Shown here one piece after another: positions 58,274 through 64,000 of a stretch of DNA of 64,000 bases (position 1 is the first letter of the stretch; the number at the start of each line of letters is the position of its first letter). This DNA comes from Candidatus Bilamarchaeum dharawalense (GTDB taxonomy: Archaea; Micrarchaeota; Micrarchaeia; Anstonellales; Bilamarchaeaceae), in NCBI GenBank assembly GCA_902386555.1, contig CABMJJ010000003.1, forward strand, positions 32,939 to 96,938, written 5' to 3'. A program made the translations under genes and the position numbers. Below the pieces are notes generated by a model. That model did not search any database and was not told where the DNA came from. It worked only from the letters and a program-made list of their open reading frames with translations.

Positions 58274-58990
58274 ATGGAAGACTCTTGTGGCTTTAAACGA
58301 ATCCCTTCCGGTATCCAGGGCCTGGATAGTATGATCGGTGGGGGTTTCCCTGAAAATAGTGCCATAATGGTACGCGGAGGAACTGGAACCTGTAAAACAA
58401 ACCTCTGTATTCAATATCTTTATGTTGGAGCATTGAAGTACAAAGATCCAGGCGTAATGATAACCTTTGCAGAATCAAAAACAAGAATACACCAGCATGC
58501 CCATGGTTTTGACTGGGACCTGGATGCACTTGAAAAAAAAGGAATGTTTACCATAATTCGCTATGAGCCCCATGAAGTACTGAAAGTTATGGAAGAAGGC
58601 GGAGGTTCAGTAAGAGACACCATAGAATCTCTAGGTGCAAAAAGAGTAGTCATCGATTCGATTACTGCCTATGAAATGTTATTTGAGAAAAGATATAGAG
58701 CCAATGAGTCCATATTAAATTTATTTGAAATGCTTAGAAGTTGGAAGGCAACAACTTTAGTAACATCAGAATCACCAGTTGCTCCAAATGAGGACTACCG
58801 GGGAAGAACAGGATTCTTGAGTGACGGTATTATTCACATGTATAATCTTAGACTAGGCCAGCATAGACTTAGAGCACTGGAAGTGATAAAAATGCGTGAT
58901 ACCACGCACACTGACCAGGTGAGAATGTTCAAACTAGGAAAGAATGGTGTAGAAATAGGAAAGGAATTGAAAAATGTTGCAAAATTCTAA
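58274..58990 (+). CDS. KaiC/RAD55-like RecA-superfamily ATPase
   Basis: SGIQGLDSMIGGGFP, GGTGTCKT, RVVIDS, VIKMR. Confidence 0.9.
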   Translation: MEDSCGFKRIPSGIQGLDSMIGGGFPENSAIMVRGGTGTCKTNLCIQYLYVGALKYKDPGVMITFAESKTRIHQHAHGFDWDLDALEKKGMFTIIRYEPHEVLKVMEEGGGSVRDTIESLGAKRVVIDSITAYEMLFEKRYRANESILNLFEMLRSWKATTLVTSESPVAPNEDYRGRTGFLSDGIIHMYNLRLGQHRLRALEVIKMRDTTHTDQVRMFKLGKNGVEIGKELKNVAKF

Positions 58991-61220
58991 AGCCCAAGCC
59001 AGTGTAGAGTTTTTGATACTTCTTGCAGCCACATTACTAATAATAACAATTGTGGTGATGATGTCCCAGGGCCAGGTCACCAGCGTACAAAATATAAAAG
59101 ACCAAACAGATGCACAAAATTCTCTTCTTGATTTGAGTTCAGCTGCAAAGGAAGTGTACGCCCAGGGTGAAGGTTCCAAGAAGCATGTTTACATACAATT
59201 ACCAAGTAGCTACGAACCAACCAATTCTTCTGTTGGCAATAGAACCATAAGAATAAGAGCTGCTGGGACCGACCATGTTGCCATAGAAAATTTCAAAGTC
59301 CGCGGCTATCTTCCAGCTACCCCAGGTGGACATTGGGTGTGGGTGGTCTCTGAAGGCAACAGAGTGCGTATAGGAGATGCCATGATGGAGCTTGATAGAA
59401 ACAGAATTTTTATTGTAATGGAATGTAACACAACAACAACCACGTCCTTTTCTGTAAAAAATATATGGAGCAAAAATATCAATATTAGTACCATTACCGA
59501 GTGGACCAATGAGGACGTACCCATGAGTGGAGTACCATCTGCATTTTCTCTGAGCACCAATGACATACATACAATAGATTTACAGTTCGCAGCAGGCCCT
59601 GATTCAGGGGGAAGCTATTATGGACAAATAGAACTTAATGCAGTGGATGAAACTGGCAGTAGTGAGAGCGTAGATATACCAGTCACTGTGGAAGTAATTG
59701 CATGTGGACAACAACAACCAACCATAGATATTTTGGGGCCGTTTATCACCTGGATGTATCACGATCCAAGTCCTGCGATCAAATTACAACCACTTGTCAT
59801 GTTTGTTAATGCAAGTGATGTTCTTACTGGCAATCATTCAATCAAAGGCTGCCAGATTGATGCTGACAATGCAAACAATTGGACAAATATGTTACCCACA
59901 GACGGAGCCTATGACCAGACAATTGAACTGTCGCAATACAATTACACAAACGGTTTTGTTCTGGGACCACATATTATCAGAGCCAAATGCACAGATTCGT
60001 TGAATAACACCGGGCCGACAGCCTACTACTATTTCAATGTAAGTGAGATTGACATGCTCGGACCGATTATGATAAAGATGAATCACACCGAATGGCCAAC
60101 AACTCTTTCAAATATTTCCATTGCCGGAATTACAACCGATGCCTATACTGGAAATAACAACATACAGACTTGTAATGTAAAAATAGATTCTGGATTGTGG
60201 AACACTGCAATACCAGTAGATGGGGCCTGGGATTCACCAACAGAGAATTTGACCTATAATGTGGGACCACTGGGAGTGGGATATCATACAGCCTATTACC
60301 AGTGTACAGATTCTTTGGGAAACATTGGTGGGATTTACAATGACAGTTTTGGCATAGTTGATGTAGATATGATGATCGTACTAGACCGATCAGGTTCCAT
60401 GGATTGGAATGTTACCAATCAAACTAACAACAATATTGTTTCAGCCTCAAGCACTGGCTGGTCCTGGGTAAAAAATATGACCGTGGAACAAAAAAATGGA
60501 GATACAGCAAACCTTACCGTGGAGACACGAGCAAGTGCAAGTGGATGCACAGTATATTACAATGCAACAATTAACGGGGTCCAGGTTGCAACTGGCAGTA
60601 GAACATCAACATCCTATGGCAGTGCAACTACAGAGATCAATATTTCAAATTATGAACCACCATACACCGTTACATTATGGCTTAAGAAGGTCGGAAGCTC
60701 GTGTACCGTATATGACCGACTCCTTTCTGTTCAACAGCTACCAAAAAAGATGGATGCAGTTAAAGTTTCATCAAAAAGCTTCCTTGATATTGCAGGAAAC
60801 AATATCCTGGCTGGTCTTGTTTCCTACAGCACCAGTGCAACAACAGATAGAACACTTGCACTCATGGGCACATCCAACCAAACTGCATTGAAGAATTCCA
60901 TTGATGCACTAAGCCCTTACGGAAGTACGTGTATTGAGTGTGGATTGGATAATGCATGCGCTGAGCTGGTTTCGTCAAGGGCAAGACCATTGGCAAACAA
61001 AGTAGTAATATTACTTACAGATGGTGTAAGCAATGTTGGCGATTCGGTCAGCGGTGCAGTTTACTGCAGAGATAGAGACGTGGTTGTTTATACGATAGGG
61101 TTTGGTAATGATGTAAATGATGTTGAACTTACCAATATTGCCCTGCTTACTCATGGTGACTATTACTTTGCACCCAATGCACAAACTCTCACAGCCATAT
61201 TCAATAATATAGGTAGGTAA
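58974..61220 (+). CDS. Class III signal-peptide (pilin-like) adhesin with Ig-like repeats and vWA domain
   Basis: KAQ|ASVEFLIL; two ~105-aa DxLGP repeats; MIDAS DRSGSM, LLTDG, YTIGFG. Confidence 0.88.
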   Translation: MLQNSKAQASVEFLILLAATLLIITIVVMMSQGQVTSVQNIKDQTDAQNSLLDLSSAAKEVYAQGEGSKKHVYIQLPSSYEPTNSSVGNRTIRIRAAGTDHVAIENFKVRGYLPATPGGHWVWVVSEGNRVRIGDAMMELDRNRIFIVMECNTTTTTSFSVKNIWSKNINISTITEWTNEDVPMSGVPSAFSLSTNDIHTIDLQFAAGPDSGGSYYGQIELNAVDETGSSESVDIPVTVEVIACGQQQPTIDILGPFITWMYHDPSPAIKLQPLVMFVNASDVLTGNHSIKGCQIDADNANNWTNMLPTDGAYDQTIELSQYNYTNGFVLGPHIIRAKCTDSLNNTGPTAYYYFNVSEIDMLGPIMIKMNHTEWPTTLSNISIAGITTDAYTGNNNIQTCNVKIDSGLWNTAIPVDGAWDSPTENLTYNVGPLGVGYHTAYYQCTDSLGNIGGIYNDSFGIVDVDMMIVLDRSGSMDWNVTNQTNNNIVSASSTGWSWVKNMTVEQKNGDTANLTVETRASASGCTVYYNATINGVQVATGSRTSTSYGSATTEINISNYEPPYTVTLWLKKVGSSCTVYDRLLSVQQLPKKMDAVKVSSKSFLDIAGNNILAGLVSYSTSATTDRTLALMGTSNQTALKNSIDALSPYGSTCIECGLDNACAELVSSRARPLANKVVILLTDGVSNVGDSVSGAVYCRDRDVVVYTIGFGNDVNDVELTNIALLTHGDYYFAPNAQTLTAIFNNIGR

Positions 61221-61222
61221 TT

Positions 61223-61606
61223 ATGAGAGCACAACTGTCCTCAGAATTCATGATTGTGTACTCAGCCCTGCTTATGATATTTCTTGTGGTGTTTGTCATA
61301 TATTTTGGAGGTAGCACCAATCTCTTTCAGGCTCAGGATAGTGTGATTGCGCTTCGTAATGCTCAGGCAGTTGCAGCAGCAGTGAACTATGTTTATCTTG
61401 CAGGTGATGGTGCCAGTTATAATATGGCACTGTCGCACATGGCAAATGATGAGAATATTTCCATATCAGATTACTCAATAACATCCATGAGACCAGATTC
61501 TTCAGCAAGTGCACCTATACTTACGGCAAATGTAAATGAAACTACCCTAACCCGCGGAGATATTGTCATAACTAATAATAGGGGTGAGATCGATATTGAA
61601 CAATAA
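61223..61606 (+). CDS. Pilin-like protein (class III signal)
   Basis: MRAQ|LSSEFMIV plus hydrophobic helix. Confidence 0.85.
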   Translation: MRAQLSSEFMIVYSALLMIFLVVFVIYFGGSTNLFQAQDSVIALRNAQAVAAAVNYVYLAGDGASYNMALSHMANDENISISDYSITSMRPDSSASAPILTANVNETTLTRGDIVITNNRGEIDIEQ

Positions 61607-62114
61607 TCGCAAATGCCTTCGTGGGCAAATTTGGACAGTTGATTTTATCACAGGGTTAGTTGCACTATCGTTTATACTCATGCTTTATTTGATTATGTGG
61701 AACACCATTGCCATAAGATGGGGATGGGCAGGCAAACAAACATCGATGGAAGCAAGTGCCTATTTTGCATCTGAATCTCTTTTGGCAACATCAGGAGAAC
61801 CGGAAAGTTGGGAAATGCTTCCACATATCGATGAGAATGTAAGTGCCATTGGACTGGTCAATGGACGTAATGAACTTAATAAAATGAAATTGGAAAAATT
61901 TGTAGCGGAAAATGCAACTGCCTATTCCACCATCAAAGCACGGTTAGGTATGCAACGCTATGAATTTGGAATGCGCATTACAGATATTGGAGATAATACG
62001 GTATATTACGAATTTGGAAAATTTTCTGCACTCAACAATTCATTGAATTTTGATAGACTGGCTATTTTAGACGGAGAACCGGTTATTGTTCACATGGAGG
62101 TTTGGGGCGGATGA
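61584..62114 (+). CDS. Pilin-like protein (class III signal); start uncertain
   Basis: RGQ|IWTVDFITG plus hydrophobic helix. Confidence 0.8.
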   Translation: MRSILNNNRKCLRGQIWTVDFITGLVALSFILMLYLIMWNTIAIRWGWAGKQTSMEASAYFASESLLATSGEPESWEMLPHIDENVSAIGLVNGRNELNKMKLEKFVAENATAYSTIKARLGMQRYEFGMRITDIGDNTVYYEFGKFSALNNSLNFDRLAILDGEPVIVHMEVWGG

Positions 62115-62518
62115 AAGGATTTATCATAAATCTGGATGCCGCAGTGGCAGTATCCTTTATCCTATTTGCAATGATAATAATTGCAAGTCAAAGCTATAAC
62201 CCACGGGCGCCAACGGGAATTTATCTAAAGCAGCTGACATTGGATACCATAACAGTTCTGGAAAAAACAGGAAGATTGGAACAGGCACTTGACGGGAACA
62301 GTAGTGCACTCAATGAAGTTGTTGAAGCAACCCCGAAGCTTGCCTGCATAAGCCTTACCGTAAGTGATATTAAAGGAAATGTGATGACCACCACAACAAA
62401 AAGCGATTGCACTGACCACAGTGATTTGAATATACAGGTAACTGCAAGACCAATTATTTACAATGGAACAAGCTATGTGATCACATCAGAATCGTGGCTA
62501 AGAAAGGAGCCAAATTAG
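62111..62518 (+). CDS. Pilin-like protein (class III signal)
   Basis: MKG|FIINLDAAVAV. Confidence 0.8.
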   Translation: MKGFIINLDAAVAVSFILFAMIIIASQSYNPRAPTGIYLKQLTLDTITVLEKTGRLEQALDGNSSALNEVVEATPKLACISLTVSDIKGNVMTTTTKSDCTDHSDLNIQVTARPIIYNGTSYVITSESWLRKEPN

Positions 62519-62527
62519 GAGGAGAAA

Positions 62528-63358
62528 ATGCGCGGTTTTGTGATAACCATTTTGTCTGTGAGCCTGATCATGATATTGGTCATGCTTGCCATGTCATTTC
62601 GCAATGCCCAGCTTAGCACAGAACGGGCACTCATGGAACCATTGCCCATGATTTATGCAGCGTTTTTGTTGGATGATATTGCCTATGAATTAAATTCCAT
62701 CATTGGCCCGGATTTATATTTAGATGAAAGAAATGACAGCATGATAATAACAATTAAAGACAAACTCGAAAGCTACAATTATTCTCCAGAACTCCTTGCC
62801 TATGAACCACTTTTAACAGGTGAGATAGCAGACAGAACTGCAAGTGAAATTAGTGCAAATTTCAGCAATCTAACAGACGGAGAGATCACATTATTCATAA
62901 ATGACGATTATAGCTACACCAATAACCATATCACCAACGAATCCATATTTACTAGAGACGGAAGCACCGGAGTCGCTGCCTACGAAATTAATTTCACCAT
63001 AACAGCAGTTCGGACAAACGTTACACACATGGCATTTGATGATAATGGTTCTGTGAATGTTACAATAATTTATACAGATTTGAACAGCACAGAAACAGAA
63101 CAGGGAAAAATTTTACCAGATCGGGTGAACACCTTCAAAGTGGATTATGTTGGAGGTGGGAGCATGACTGTGATAATTGGATTGAAAAGCGGTAACAGTG
63201 GATCTCTTTCGATGAAATCAACGGGTATTGGAGCTGAGATCGCATGGACTGCCACCCTGCCCAGACTAAACGCAACAAAAAGACTGGGATATGAATATGA
63301 TGCAACAATAGATTACACGCAGGGACCAGTAAGGATATCAAAAAGGATTGGGAAATAA
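62528..63358 (+). CDS. Pilin-like protein (class III signal)
   Basis: MRG|FVITILSVSLIMILVML; AGGAGG RBS. Confidence 0.78.
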   Translation: MRGFVITILSVSLIMILVMLAMSFRNAQLSTERALMEPLPMIYAAFLLDDIAYELNSIIGPDLYLDERNDSMIITIKDKLESYNYSPELLAYEPLLTGEIADRTASEISANFSNLTDGEITLFINDDYSYTNNHITNESIFTRDGSTGVAAYEINFTITAVRTNVTHMAFDDNGSVNVTIIYTDLNSTETEQGKILPDRVNTFKVDYVGGGSMTVIIGLKSGNSGSLSMKSTGIGAEIAWTATLPRLNATKRLGYEYDATIDYTQGPVRISKRIGK

Positions 63359-63385
63359 TTAAAACCTAGCAGGAGATGGAATGAT

Positions 63386-64000
63386 ATGATCATCACCACG
63401 ATAATAGACAAAATGGTTGAGATCGTCCAGAAAAATAAGAAGATGGACTTTAAAAAAATTGCAAAGGAACTTTCCTGGGATGAGGAATCCGTAGAAAAGA
63501 TTGCACTTTTATTTCACAAAGCAGGACTGGGAATGGTTCATTACCCGGTGAATATGGTTGAACAGCCATGGATAACAATACTGTCCACAGTGCCACCAGA
63601 ATCAAAACATGAAGAAGGAAAAAAAGTAGATGAGTACGTTGTTCCGGCCACTGGAAATCATACCAGCGAATCGGTTTGGATACTGCAATCAGAAAGTGAA
63701 CGCAGACCCCTGTACAGCATCAGAAGACCAAGAGTCAGCCCCTATACCAGAGTGTATATTGAATACTTGAAAACAGATATTGCAAAAGATCTTCCAATTG
63801 AAACTAGTTTTAGCGAGGAGGGGGCAACTGAAAAATTTCATTTAAGAAGGGAAATGATAAAAGAAAGAATAAAAAAAGACTTGAACCCAAAAGCGGATTT
63901 CCTAGAACTTATTTCTGATCTTATAGTAAACGAGATGTACGGTCTTGGAGAACTGGAATTGCTAATAGGAGATGCAAGACTAGAAGAGATAGTTGTCAAT
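63386..64000 (+). CDS. Type II/IV secretion (TadA/VirB11-like) ATPase, 3'-truncated
   Basis: ATG 63386 is in frame with the window-end NEMYGLGELELLIGDARLEEIVVN, typical of the ATPase N-domain; N-terminal HTH-like segment. Confidence 0.8.
   Translation, partial: MIITTIIDKMVEIVQKNKKMDFKKIAKELSWDEESVEKIALLFHKAGLGMVHYPVNMVEQPWITILSTVPPESKHEEGKKVDEYVVPATGNHTSESVWILQSESERRPLYSIRRPRVSPYTRVYIEYLKTDIAKDLPIETSFSEEGATEKFHLRREMIKERIKKDLNPKADFLELISDLIVNEMYGLGELELLIGDARLEEIVVN

Noticed and set aside
1..64000. CRISPR array, rRNA, transposase, integrase or reverse transcriptase
   Set aside because: No regularly spaced repeat-spacer array, rRNA-like tract or such enzyme motifs were seen

Overview
Archaeal genomic DNA, most consistent with a DPANN/Micrarchaeota-type organism. 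This is an inference from the ARMAN-like ~390-aa tRNA splicing endonuclease, tRNA-Ile(UAU), archaeal PolD, aCPSF1, proteasome and Trm56. Bases 1-17.7 kb hold an orphan co-directional cluster: a 3186-aa giant protein, an SGNH hydrolase and a 1656-aa signal-peptide protein with a beta-barrel-like C-terminus. Bases 18-58 kb are housekeeping and metabolic genes mixed with orphans, and 58-64 kb is a KaiC/class III pilin/vWA/secretion ATPase locus. The best-supported unusual signal is non-coding. Three tRNA genes are broken by 7 introns of 33-111 nt, including a tRNA-Ile(UAU) with four introns and a 6-nt micro-exon. Four of these introns are built from one palindromic repeat family (CCGCTTTTTRGAAAAAAGC..CAAAAA). 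The two tRNA-Arg anticodon introns share 73 identical bp and carry a nested double-hairpin cassette that also occurs in intergenic DNA. This suggests a small mobile-repeat system that colonises tRNA genes and is made harmless by the nearby endonuclease. Also found: a repeated RBS-sequestering leader/uORF in front of two unrelated genes, and two tandem acidic micro-ORFs. All calls were made by eye; no searches were run.
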